64,000 nucleotides of DNA, from positions 10,365,525-10,429,524 of the forward strand of contig OZ316896.1 in the NCBI GenBank assembly GCA_973895155.1, read 5' to 3'. Made by a program: the position numbers and the translations under genes. This DNA comes from Marsupella aquatica (lineage: Eukaryota; Plantae; Marchantiophyta). This document shows, piece by piece, positions 51,370-64,000 of the stretch; the stretch's first letter is position 1, and every line of letters begins with the position of its first letter. The notes beneath the pieces were generated by a model, which ran no database searches, had not been told where the DNA came from, and saw nothing but the letters and a program-made list of their open reading frames with translations.

Positions 51370-51552
51370 GCTAGAACATCACAGATACTCATTTGGAACT
51401 GGCCCATTCAAATTACAAGGCCGATTAGCGGGTCTGCATTGCTCATTTCTAAATATCGAGGTATGATACATGAAAGGTGGTGGTTCCGAGACTGTGCTTC
51501 CGAAACTTTACCGAACAGGACCTTCACTTTCACTTTGTGGTTTAGATCATAG
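51370..51552 (+). pseudogene. Highly decayed fourth bHLH remnant
   Basis: HLEL..NYKAD and LLISKYRGMI match HFEL..NRKAD and MLISKYKALM/MLICRYNALV. It is preceded by the shared TAGCAAGAGTACTAG motif. Confidence 0.45.
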
Positions 51553-52659
51553 TTGAGAACTTCGTGAGTGCGAATGTCCGGACTGTACGAGTTTGGGGCA
51601 GAGCCATGGATCATTACAAAACAGTAGAATTTTGTGGGTAGAGACATAACCCTAGATGATGTTTTTTGCCTCGAAAAACTCACTATAATGAACAGCGCAC
51701 ATTCGGGGGAAGCTCTAGATTCCGCGGGCCTGAACATTGGAGGAGTGTAGTTAAGTGATCTTCCAGGAATGTCCTCCGATCCTCATTTGATCATCTTTCC
51801 AGAAGGTCTTCTTGCCACAACTTTACTTCACTGCGCAGCAGGGGCCAAACAACATTGAGTCAATTCAAATTAATCAGTTCCAAAATCACCTGGCTCGTAG
51901 TCTCAGCTCTCTCGCAAACTTCGTACAAGCAACGAATCTGAGTAGAGTTTTGGGATGTGAAAATTAAACAATAAATCGTGTTAATCCCATGGTTCACGGC
52001 TATGATGGAAGAATAGTCAAATTGATAAGACCTCGTTCCATCTACAGAAGAATAGTCAAATTGGAACCACCTCGTTCCATCTACCCTGTTCCAAAAATAG
52101 TGTGTTATATAATTGGTGTGACACCAAAATTAAAGTGATTCACACTAAATTGCGTGAACATTTTTCTTTAACCTGAATCACACTAATTAAGTATATTAAG
52201 TCACACACTTTACTTTACAGTATTGAGAGTGTGCTTGAGTCTCACTTTTATGCCTCGATAATTGAGAGTGTGCCCGAGTCTCACTTTTATGCCTCGATTC
52301 TAAGTGTTGCTTGAGTCTCACTTTTATGCATCGATTAATTCTAAGTGTGCACTATTCACGCCCGTGAGACCAAAAGTGTGAATTCATGTAATTACAGTGA
52401 CACCTGAAGTAATGTGAGTGACATGATTTTATGTCCTCAATATGTAAAGTTTGAAGGGCTACGCAAGTAGTGTAACTAACACTAATTATGGTGTACAGTG
52501 TAGCTCCTTACATACTACTCGCATACCCAAGTCAGTGTCCTTGAAGCTTAACTGAGAGCTGAGCAGAAAGGGAGCATATATTCAGACATTTTTCATCCAC
52601 CAAATACATAATGAAAACAGTGCAAGGAAGCTTCGTTGTCAGGTGAGTGAAGAAGGCTC

Positions 52660-52910
52660 CACGTGCTTTCAATTGATCTCATTGCAGCAATTCAACACAC
52701 CCGAAAACACACGGGAATAAAATTCTTGGGAAAGCAAGCCCTCAATAGAAATAGCTCGTCCATCTGAGGAATTCTGTGCCAACCAGGATGTTCATGACGT
52801 GTGACCGATTTGTCAATAATGTCATCCTCAACGAGAAAGTAAGCTTGTACACGTGCGCAAGGACGAACGTTTTCCTTCTCAGTCATTCAGTCACTCAAGT
52901 CTCCACCTTC
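52660..52910 (-). pseudogene. Farnesyl-diphosphate synthase fragment
   Basis: VQAYFLVEDDIIDKSVTRHEHPGWHRIPQ matches the FPPS first Asp-rich region, QAYFLVLDDIMDNSxTRRGQPCWFRxP. Confidence 0.65.
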
Positions 52911-54519
52911 TCAAAGCGGGTTCCAGTCAACAAGAAGGTACTCTCAAGACTAGTTACTCTGACAATCTATCAATCAGGCCATCTTCCAAGGACCAAGTAA
53001 TAGGCGGTCGAAAGTGAAAGAATATGCGTTGAACGGGGCGTTGAATACATCTTCCGGGTTGGAAGATCATCTAAGCAACTATGGTTAGAAATTTGAGATG
53101 GCATAAGGTTGTGTAAAATACCCACTCATGCACCAGCCGAGTGGGTATTCGGTAAGCTCGTCTTCGTCAACGAAGCAAGCTAGACGGTCGACCACTGACA
53201 ACCCTCTGTTCAGCTTGCCAGGATGACAATGAAGACCAGCCTTGTTAATTGTAGCCGTTGGCATTTTCTGTCGAAATGGACTATTGCCACGTAGTTCACA
53301 AACAGAAACTGATCGATACTAAACTATCGAGAATAGAAGATACATTCCGAACAATTGTCCTCCGATGCATCCACTCTGGCGAATGCGGCAGCTTGCTTGA
53401 CAAGGGGAAATCTAACCTCAGGGCACATTGTAGTGGAGCTTCCGTCCACAGCAAGCAAAGGAAGAGCGACTTGGAGTAGAAGTACAGTAAGATAAGCGAT
53501 CCACAGGCTCGGTAGAGAGTAGCATTCAAAAGAGTGCAAATCAAACGCAGGGAAATGCGGTGGGCGGATCTATCACCGTTTCCACCCATAGTGTTGACTC
53601 TTAGGTTTTATGAAATGGATGGGGGTCGTTGAGCTTGCATTCCGTTTTCAGCTGCTTGTAGACATCTAAGGATTTTCCTTCATCTGCCATACTCCAATCT
53701 TGATCTTTCTGGGGCGTCGCACTGGCAGTGCCATTAGCCTCTGCGAGAAAAGGAAGCAGCAAATGAATTCAAAATGTACTTGTATTCGCAGGCAGGCTAC
53801 TCCAAATCCATTCCTGAGAAAGGCTTGCAAGATGCCTCAAGAGAGTCAGAGCTCAAGCACTCGATCGGACCTCTAAAATCATCATATGTCTGCCGTGTCT
53901 AAGTGCAACCATGTCTAAGTGCAAGCTCCCGGGAAGACACCCAAGCCTGCAGTTAACCCCGGTATGCACTTCATCATATGGTGCATGTTGCAACTCCATA
54001 TGTGCTGGTTGCACTTTTCAATAAGTACATATGAAATGGCTTATGCACTTACATATATGTCATGTCAGGTCATACTTATGGATTTGTCATACCCCGAATA
54101 CTCATGGATTTGTCATACTCATGGATTTGTCATACCCCGAATACTCATAGTGCACAATTCAATAATTGGATAAGTGCATGAAACTATAATGTGTAGGTGT
54201 CTACTGCACTTATCAATAAATGCTTCTAGCATATGTGTTAAGATAATTGATTAATGCATCTATACTTTTATGGGGGAAATGTCCTTATATATTTGTCTTT
54301 TAGTGTGGGGGCCAATTTGGACTTACAATAGGTGCATTTTTTGGTGTATTTACAAAGGAATTTGCTGTATTATTGAGGGGAGTACACAACCACCCTGCAG
54401 TTATCCATGGAATGCAGCTATACACCTGCACTCATCAACAGTAGACTGTATTCTTCTCCATATCCCCATATCCTACAGTTTGGAAAAACTTTTTAAGTCA
54501 TGAGCTACATAATGACCCT

Positions 54520-54862
54520 TGTTGAACATAGACGACACTCGTAACAGTAAGCACATGACACATCCAACGCGCAAGTAGTCAAAACAAGAGATATGTGGTT
54601 CACCTCCTCGAGGCTACGTCCACGGGAACACACAAGAGAGCTTTACTGAACTCTAAGCCCGTTGGCCATACCAAATCTCCACAGTATAAGCTCTCCTCTT
54701 CTCTCAAGTGGCTCCATAACAATGAGCCTAAGTTCCACTTATCCAAGCAAACATTGCTTGGTATATAGTGTGCATCCTAGTTAACCTAACCACGTCTCCG
54801 ACTACGGTTAGTCTAACTATGGTTATATGTCGTAACCCTAGACCTTGAGTAAATACCTAACA
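54520..54862 (-). repeat. 3' LTR
   Basis: TGTTG...TAACA; about 21 differences from the 5' LTR, counted by eye. Confidence 0.95.
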
Positions 54863-55089
54863 ATCTCCCCCTTGACTCTGGTCTAGGGGAGGGTAATACT
54901 TCTAACCTATATGATTCCTCAGCGGGAAGTTCTGGACGGAAACCAACATGGTTTCCCCTCTCTAACTAGAGCAAACCATAACTAAGCCGTAGCCTATTAC
55001 TAGGAGTGAAGAAGAGCATATATCAGTAATTACAGCGAATGTTAAGAAAAACCCTTACTTGTGACGCAATTGCAAAACCCGCAACACAT

Positions 55090-58000
55090 CACGATGTCTA
55101 GAGAAACTTTCCAAAGGAATCACTTTGGTAAATGCGTCAACTAGGTTGAGTTTATCGTCTATCTTGACTAGCTCAAACAAATTATCAGACACAGCCTACC
55201 TGATAAAATGGTACTTGACGTCTATGTGCTTCACTCTACTGTCCATTACCTGGTTCACAGCAAGATGAAGCGCACTCTAACTATCACAATGGAGCTTCAC
55301 ATTCCCCCGTGGCAATCCCATTTCATTGATAAGTCTATCCAACCAAATTGTTTCCTTCCCTGCTTCCGCTGCTGCAACATACTATGCTTCTGTAGTAGAC
55401 TGAGCAATACACTTCTGCAAAGTAGACCTCCAACTTATGCATCCACCGCCAAGTGTGAACACGTACCCTATTATTGATCTCCTTCGGTCCAGATCTTGTC
55501 CATAGTCAGAATCTACATAGCCAATCAATGATCTTGCATTATTTGTATTTGCATCAAATAAAAGACCATGATCCATGGTACGTACCCTTCAAGTACCTAA
55601 TAATCCACTTCACTGCTTCCTAGTGTACTTTCCCTGGATTCGACATGTACCTGCTTACCTTGCCCATAGCCATGGCAAGATCAGGTCTAGTGCAAGTCAT
55701 CAAATACATGAGACTTCTCACTGCCTTATCATAAGGAACCTTTGACATCAGCCCCTTCTCTGTTGCATATGTGGGACAAAAAGCTGATGACAATTTGAAG
55801 TGTGCAGCCAAAGGGGTACTTACTGGCTTACTATCCCCCATGTTGAACCTGGCAATTACCTTCCTTGCATAACTGCTCTGTGTCAACCATAGCTTACCAG
55901 CCTCCAAGTCCCTAGTGATCTCCATACCCAAAATCCTCTTAGTTGGCCCTAAGTCCTTCATCTTAAACTCTGCACTTAGCAGTGCCTTGAGCTTAACAAT
56001 CTCAGACCTATCCTTGGCTGCAATAAGCATGTCATCCACATAAAGTACTAAAACAATGAACCCAAAGACAACATTTTTCACCGGTTTCAAATATACACAA
56101 GGGTCAAACACACTCCTGTGAAAACCTTGTGACCGAATCCAATCGTCAAACCGCTTGTTCCACTGTCTTGATGACTGCTTCAACCCATACAAGGATTTCA
56201 GCAATCTGCAAACCAATTCCTCTTGTCCTCTCTTCACAAAACCTAGCGGCTATCTCATGAAGATCACCTCCTCCAAGGTGCCATAGAGGAAACCTATGAC
56301 AACATCCATCTGATTTAGCAACAGACCAAACATTACAACAAGCACACACAATAGCCGTATTGTTGAGTACTTAGCAATTGGTGAGAAGACCTCATTGTAA
56401 TCCACACCTTTTTCCTGTGTGAATCCCTTGGCTACCAACCTAGCCTTGTAGACCTTTGATCCACCTCCCGTAGATTTTGATCTTTCAGCTTGTATGTCCA
56501 CTTGCTAACCCTTAGGCAACTTAACAAGCTCCTAAGTTTTGTTGTCCTTCAGTGACTGCATCTCCGTTTGCATTGCTGCAGTCCACTTCTGCTTCTCCTT
56601 TGAAGCACTTGCGTCATCAAATGAAGAAGGTTCTCCTTCTTCCAAAATTAACGCATCACCCTCATCATCAGCTGCAAAATCGTTCTCTTGCAATTGAGAT
56701 GAATCAACCCACTGTCCATACCTAGGAGGAGCGCGTACAGTGCGACTAGATGTTCTTCTAGCCGATGACTCCGGTTGAATTGCGTCTACTGGTACAATTT
56801 GAAGCTCAGCAGCATCCACTTGCTGCTCACCAACATCAACAAACTCCTCTTGTTCCTCTGGCACAGGAACCAGCTCCATACTTGGAGCACCTCCTTCTCT
56901 CCGATCATGCACTTCATGATCAATCTCTCCCTCAACGAGATCCGGGATATGAGATTTTCCTTTGTCAATACGGGGGACCTGAGTATTCTCCCCCTCCTTC
57001 AATAATCTGGATTCATTGAAGGAAACATCCCTACTGACAATGAGCTTACAGGCAATAGGATCTCATAGCCTATAGGCTTTCACACCACTCTGGTACCCAA
57101 GAAAAACATATTTCTTGGAGGTAGGATCCAACTTGGTCCTTTTCTGCTTTGGTGTGAGAGCATATGCATCACTTCCAAAAACTACCAAGCCATGATAGTC
57201 TGCTTGCCGCTTATAGCGCATATCAAATGGCGTTTTGAAATTGATAGCACTAGAAGGAGAAAGATTTACCAAATAAGCTGCGGCATTGACAGCTTCTGCC
57301 CAAAATTCTTGTGGTAAACCTGATTGGCTCAACATACTCCGTGACCGCTCCAATAGTGTCCAATTGAGCCTCTCAGCGATACCATTCTGCTGCAGAGTAT
57401 AAACTGTGGTGAGATGGCGAGTTATCCCCTGTTCTAAACAGTACTCTTCAAATTCCACTGAAGTGTACTCCCCGCCGTTGTCTGACCTCAGACTCTTCAC
57501 CCTTGTATCCAAACACTTCACCGTGTTTTTAGTCTGATTCTCCACCTGGGCCTTCCACTTCTTAAAAATGGAGAAAACATCAGACTTATGCGTCATGAAA
57601 TAAATCCACACAAATCTTGAGTAATCATCAATAAATGATACATAGTACAACTTTCCAGAGTGTGAGGAAGTTGGGGATGGACCCCACACGTCACTATGTA
57701 TGTACTCAAGAACCGCTTTGGAACGATGAGTTCTGACATCGAAAGCATGACGATGCTGCTTTCCAAAAATGTAATGCTCACAAAAATCCAATTTACAAGA
57801 CTGCAAATTAGAAATGAGCCCATTCTTCCGCAAGGTAGCCAATCCCTTCTCACTCAAGTGGCCTAGCCGTGAATACCACAGTTGAGTCATTTTCTCGTGA
57901 GACTTGGTTACATTGGCCTCTCCACATATTGTATTGCCCTGCAGCACATACAAATTCTTCTGTCTGCTCCCCTTCAAAATAACTATCTCTCCCGACATGA

Positions 58001-59307
58001 CTTGAAGTTCACCATCAATTACTCGCCATTGATGACCATTTGTATCCAACACACCGAGTGAAATCAAATTCTTACGCATGCCAGGTACAAACCTGACTCT
58101 AGACATTGTGCGCACAATGCCATCAAACATTTGAATCTTTACAGACCCAATACCCTCAACTCAACATGAGTGATCATTTCCCATCAGAACTGAACCGTTT
58201 GAAAGAGAGTAAGAACTGAAATACTCGCAAATATAACAAATGTGAAAGGAGCAAGCACAATCAAGAATACACACATCGTTTGCTCTCCTAGATTATGTGC
58301 ATAGGGCATACTCCTAGCTTCCTAAAACATACTCATCATTGAGTAAACCAACTTCTCCATCAGCACTAGCCACATTGGCTGATGAAGATTCAGCTGCTGT
58401 ACCCTTACAATCCCTCTTAACGTGACCAACCTTGTGACACTTCCAGCAGACTACTGGCTTTCTCTCCTGGGACTTCCCCCTTGAAGCAAATCTTGTCCTA
58501 GATTTATTTCTTCCCCTGCCATTCGTGCTACTCTGGATGCTTCTATGACCTCCCACGATTCACATTCAAGGTAGCACTAGACGACGATAATGGCTGATAG
58601 GGCATGGTCATTTTCTGTTGCAAGTCATCAGTCAATAGAGCACTTATAACTTTATTGTAAGTGATAGTCTTTCTGTCACGATGAAGCAGCACTCGTAACA
58701 ATGACTGATATGACAAGGGTAAAGAGCTAAGCAAGTGAAGAGTCTGCCGCTCATCACTCAAATCCTCCTCCAGATTTTGCAAATCAATGACCAGGTCGTT
58801 GAAACCATCGATATGGTCCTGAATCTTTGCACTTCCCTCCTTCATCTTGAAGCTCATCAGCTTCAAAGACGTGTAGAGCCGATTCGACAGCTCCTTCTGA
58901 TGGTACTTTTGCTCCAACGCGGCAAACAATGATGCACAATCGACATGGTCTACCACTTGCTTGATGACATTAGGCTGAAGATAGAGCATCACAGTGCTCA
59001 CAACCTGCTCATGCATGTCCTGCCAGTCATCATTGTCGACATCATTTGGCTGGTCCTTCAGCAATTTCCCAAGCCCGGTTGCATGGAGTACCCCCTTCAC
59101 TTGTCACTCCCACAACAAGTAGTCTGTGCGACCATCATATTTTGTAACCTCAAACTTGGGACCTCCAAGCTTGATTGTCCCCATCCTTTTTCTTATCACT
59201 CGCCGCAATACCGGTGACCACAATTCTGCTAGATCTTCCGCTTCCTCCTCTGTTCTCTCCAGTGACTCAACAAAACCCTCCTCCAAGTCACTCATGTGAG
59301 AAATCAA
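55090..59307 (-). pseudogene. Copia gag-pol, fragmented
   Basis: Gag CWKCHKVGHVKRDC; protease ILDCACSFH; integrase HSDVWGP, LRSDNGGEY, QQNGIAER; RT YKARLVAKG, LYGLKQS, LYVDDML; RNase H GYVDSD, STTEA. Confidence 0.95.
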
Positions 59308-60704
59308 GAAAAAATGACATTTTTCTCAACTTCTCAAAAAACTCAAAATTTATCACCGCCACGTAGCCCACAAGCCTAGCTTTCCAACGCTGAAAACCAA
59401 AATCAAAACCGAACTCCGACGTAAAAGTTATTCACTTTTCGGTTGGGGTGGGTAAAACTTGGAATTCTCCCCCGTTTTGACCACCTCGGGGAATAACCAA
59501 AATGTGAACTAGTACCCAACGTCGGAAATGCAATTCAATTTGTGCACCGCGTTGCCAACTCCGATGGCTAGCAACTTGGCGAAGACGAATGAAAAAAGTT
59601 ACCTTTCGGCGAACAGAATCTTCGACGGACGGACAAAAAATAGCTCTCTGGTTTTTTAGAATATTCTATGACCCTTGTACAGGCCCTGTGGGAATTTTGG
59701 AAGAACAATCGAGGGGCTGACACGTGTCCTCGAACCCCCAAAACCCCCTACCACCCTTTGTCGTCGAAATCTAGTCGCGCGCGCAGAAAATACACACGGC
59801 AGAATGTACCCCTCGACACCAAACACAAGATATCTCACTCGGGTTTTGACGAAATCAAGATCTGATTTTAGATTTAGAAACTAGACTCCGAGACGGTGAA
59901 GATCGATATAAGAAGCACCCAAAACGAGGAAAGAACGAGGGAGAAAACAATTGGTAAAGATGATAGATTTCTCTCAATTGCCATAGCCAATTTCGAATCA
60001 GTTTTTCAAAGAGAAAAAAATGGTACCTTGTCAACAACGAATGTTGATGAATTGCACTTGGTGCCATCATCAAGTCCAACAAGGTGATTGATTTCGCTTA
60101 GCCTTCCTCTTCGCATCAAAGAGCCAATCCCGGACTCAAAACAATCGTCTTGCCTCAATCTCTCCATTGAGTCAAAACACTTGACGCTTCTCCCTCCAAG
60201 TCGATTGCCAGGACAAGAAATCCCGCTCAGGCAAAAGAGGACTCTATAGCCGGTCAAAAAATCAGAATGTTTTTTTTGCTCGTCCCGTCGCACATGGTAC
60301 TCACTTGGTAACAAATCAGCTACCAAAACAAACAGCTCGTCCCGATCTACAAGCAAAGCTACAGCATGCGATGCCTCCTTCGCCGTAGAGCTCACACCGT
60401 CGAGAAAATAAACTCTGGTCCCTCCAAAAAAACCGTCAAACACGAATGTTGCCGACTTTCTTCACAAAATCCAGAACGACAAAAACTTAGATCTCTCCGC
60501 ACCACGAGCTCCGTTCAGCGATTTTTCTCACACCGTTAGAAAGCTCTTGCCCCGATCTATCCGTTGAGCCCATAAACTCCAACTTCCATGCGACGGAACT
60601 CCAGGAATCCACCGACACTCAACGTTGGAAAAACCGTCACAAAATCCCGTCATGAAATCCCGTCACGAACACACGTCACCTCCCAGGCATGTTCTGATAC
60701 CAAT

Positions 60705-61047
60705 TGTTGAGCATAGACGACACTCATAACAGTAAGCACATGACACATCCAACGCGCAAGTAGTCGACACAAGAGATACGTGGTTCACCTCCTCGAGGTT
60801 ACATCCACGGGAACACACAAAAGAGCTTTACTGAACTCTAAGCCCGTCGGCCATACCAAGTCTCCACAGTGTAAGCTCTCCTCTTCTCTCAAGTGGCTCC
60901 ATAACAATGAGCCTAAGTTCCACTTATCTAAGCAAACACCGTTTGGCATATAGTATGCATCCTAGTTAACCTAACCACATCTCCAACTATGGTTAGTCTA
61001 ACTATGGTTATATGTCGTAACCCTAGATCTTGAGTAAATACCTAACA
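60705..61047 (-). repeat. 5' LTR
   Basis: Adjacent to the PBS and followed by TSD ACCCT at 61048-61052. Confidence 0.95.
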
Positions 61048-63041
61048 ACCCTTTCATGGTTTGTTGTGTACCATCAAATCCCTGGCTTTTAGTATCTTTG
61101 TTACTTACAAACTAAGACAGATCCATTTCCTCAATTGCAGCTAAAATAGTTTCAGTTCCTTTATCAGTTGTGCTGTGCACCCCGTTATACACTGACTAGC
61201 CTGATTACTATGAAGGAAAATTTTAATTGCAAAAACCAAATTCTGAGCTATCTCCCAAAGATATTTACCCCATCCCAGTTGTTTGTTCACCCTCACTTTG
61301 TCTTTCTTTAGAGTCTAGTATTGTCCTTATTTTTTAGTCAAGTTTTGCGGCCTTATTAGGAGTTCACTCTAGACCCTAGCCTGTGAAATTAGCTTATGTA
61401 AGCAATTTATTAGTAACATGATAGAATCAGCAGAGTGATCTGTATTCAGAGGCTGGAACATGATTCTAAACCCTAAACTGAATCGTTTTTATAAACTTAA
61501 ATCAAAATTTCCATGTGCACCATGTTACTCACCGGAGTTTCTATACACTCATACATTTCCTGCGGTATCAGTACTGTAGTTTTCTCAGTAGGATACAAGG
61601 CTGCCATTCATTGGTAAAAACCAATACTAAATATAAGAAGTACCCGGTTAGGGTGGGGTTCCACCACTCACTTAAATGAAGATCTACTGTAATTGTGGAT
61701 GATGTGATTTACATTTTAGAGGAGATGAGTGAGGACTAGCCTGAGTACCCATTCCTTGAACCTAAACAGAGATGAGGAGAGGAGACCAAAAAAACACTTG
61801 CACAAAAATAAATTACCTTTTACTGCCTAGTCATCTTTGCCTCCTCACTCTCGCTTGTGCCTTCAGTTGGAGTTACGGATTCACTCTACAGTAGGCCCAC
61901 AAAGTACCTCTAGATTGCGCTTCATAGTTAAATATGATCCAATGAGGGCAGAGCCTATCTTAGCTTCAGTAGCCAGCCTGACTACCCGTTCCTTGAACAT
62001 AAATAAAATTGAAAACAAACAAATAGAAAATAGAAAAATCTATACTCTTTTCCTTATCTTTGCATACCTATTTTTTTGTGCACCTTTTAGATTTGTTTTA
62101 TTCAGAGTCATTATACAATTTGTCCTTATTTGAGCTACTGTCTAGAGGTTTCACTCTAGAAAGTAGCCTTTAAAAGTAGCTTCTGTTTGTGATTATATAG
62201 TAAGATTCTGATTATTACTTTTTGAATTTGCCGTAATTTGTCACTTTGGTAGTTTTGGGCCGTCTCATACATTTCAGGAGTACCCTCCTTCTGAAGTTCC
62301 CAGTTATGTTCTGGGGCATTGCGGAGGTTTAGGAGGCAATCCCACTAAGGGCCCGTCTTCTAAAAGTACAGTCATATCTCCTGCACCTGCAAAAAACACC
62401 AAATTCTATCAAGACAAGGAAATTTGCTTTCAACTTCTATTTAATGTAGATAAGACAACTTGGCCATGGCTTCTCTTTAGTCTAGGCTCCAAATGGCAAA
62501 ACAGGCATTGTGGCTCCTTCCATGAATAGATTTAGGCCGCCCATTAGTTCTGGGCACAAAGGAATGAAATCAATATCATCTAACACTATCATAGGCAATC
62601 CCGCCCATTTGGCCGCTTTTGTCCGTCGTCTCATTACGAAACGAATATCAGCGGGAATGAAACTGAACCATCAGATTAAAGCATCTCTTTTTTGTATCCA
62701 TCCGATCGTGAAACGAGACATGCATCAGATTTTGCTCCCTTCCGTGCACCCCCGTGCACTCATTATGCCCCTCCATCCCCACCCGCAGCAAGGACCTCCG
62801 CATAGGGCTTTGCGACCCACGTTTACATTCCATGCACTTTCTCCCTATGGGACCGGCCCTCCTTGCACAGTGCAACGCACTGGCATAGGGCTCGTTTGTT
62901 ATGAAAGTGCAACCCATCGTTCCCTTAGGACCAGTTGGCAAAGCAATGAAGGCACATGTGGCTCCTCAAGCAACTACAGTAACCTACTCATTGGTTTTTG
63001 GCGAACAGGGCTTCCAAAGTAACCTACTCATAAAAAAAAAG

Positions 63042-63065
63042 TTTAGGGTTTAGGGTTTAGGGTTT
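63042..63065 (+). repeat. Short interstitial plant telomere-type repeat (TTTAGGG)x3
   Basis: TTTAGGGTTTAGGGTTTAGGGTTT read directly; a degenerate run also lies at 17640-17680. Confidence 0.7.
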
Positions 63066-64000
63066 AAATAAATAAAGTAACCTATTCATATGGTGGCTCC
63101 TTCGCAAATAGATCTACTCTAGGCCATATGCAGATTTTTAGGCAATGGGGCTCCCAAAGTAACCCTTTGGAGGAGAATCTCATTTTTGTTGGTTGTAAGG
63201 GACTGCAAACCACCAAAATGAGGCTAAAGATTCTACACTGGTCGTTCACTCAATGACAGCACAAAACTGAAGATAGGAGATTCTGAGGAGTACAAAGAAG
63301 CCACGTGTACTGTAAATGTGCCACGTAGACAGAAGTGTAAAGTGTACCTTAGACTTTTAGGGTTTCCAATGCCACGTGTCTCTTGTAGGGACAAGAGAGA
63401 GCCCTCTGTTTGGACTCTCATTGACTGCCTTTGTACCATTCACCTCTATCTAGTCCCAATATTATTCACCTCCTTTCATTTTTATTTTACAAACAATATA
63501 TTGTATTTTCTATATTATATCTATATTCAAACGTTTCTTTCAAAATTCAAATTTAATTAAGTTTTTTCATCTTGGGCAGGGTAAGGGCAGCCCAGGCAGA
63601 GGCAATTGAGTTTGTAGGGGGTATGGATAGATCTAATGGTGCCACAAAAAAACAATTTTTTGATGAAGGGCGAGGATTGGTTTCCTATGTTTCTGATTTT
63701 GTAAAGGGCAAAGGACATTTCTGGCTGGATAGGGTATTGCAGTAGTAGATTGCATGAGCTGGGATGACATTACCAGAAGCTCTAGAATTGGGAATCTAAG
63801 CTAGGAAGGATTAATGTCAGGGGATCCCAATGGACTGTGAGATGGACACTGACCACTAACAAGAGGGGTACTTGGGTTGTCCTCTATACAAAAGATGACT
63901 GCATCTTTCAATAAGCTCTCATTGTGTGTGTTTCAATCAATGCTTTGGCTGAGTATCTGGAATTGGGGAGAGCAAAATCATGTAATCATTGAAGCAATTT

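Larger units (their letters stand above)
54520..61047 (-). mobile_element. Full-length decayed Ty1/copia LTR retrotransposon
   Basis: Two 343-bp TG...CA LTRs, 5-bp TSD ACCCT, Met-i-type PBS (TGGTATCAGAAC, reverse complement of 60691-60702), PPT (reverse complement of 54863-54872), and gag-PR-IN-RT-RH order. Confidence 0.97.

Noticed and set aside
52080-52500. AT-rich segment with weak CACTG-like inverted ends and a short 39-bp tandem repeat
   Set aside because: The inverted repeat is too degenerate and no TSD was found.
61837-63560. Short ORFs after the copia element, including 62510-63022
   Set aside because: No domain motifs, mostly non-ATG starts and non-coding-like composition; probably old repeat-derived DNA.

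Overview
Repeat-rich eukaryotic DNA, probably from a land plant: it has GT-AG introns, TTTAGGG motifs, a Ty1/copia element and a PIF-like bHLH. The species cannot be determined from the sequence. Positions 1-28.2 kb are a nest of decayed transposons. (A) At 1-9.3 kb an F-box-like gene is followed by a long spliced gene encoding a ParB/Srx-like domain, a degenerate amino-methyltransferase, an acidic/coiled-coil repeat, a Ulp1 protease and FCP1/NIF-like domains. (H) A Helitron Rep-PIF1 gene occupies about 9.5-14.6 kb and 28.0-28.2 kb. (B) A 13.35-kb TIR element (14615-27963, CTTA target-site duplication) splits the PIF1 frame. It carries a Sola-like DDD transposase, an F-box-like gene and a ParB-like/beta-class DNA amino-methyltransferase fusion gene. 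A and B share the F-box-like -> ParB-MTase module, but each has its own 16-bp palindrome, repeated mostly in introns and spacers (A: ACGCG-N6-CGCGT; B: SCGATAAATTTATCGS). This looks like a transposon-encoded self-recognition or epigenetic system, and it is the main candidate novel system. Positions 28-54 kb are a mosaic of direct and inverted duplications holding one intact and three decayed copies of a divergent bHLH gene, plus an FPP-synthase fragment. A full-length but decayed Ty1/copia element lies at 54520-61047. All domain calls come from motifs recognised by eye; no searches were run.
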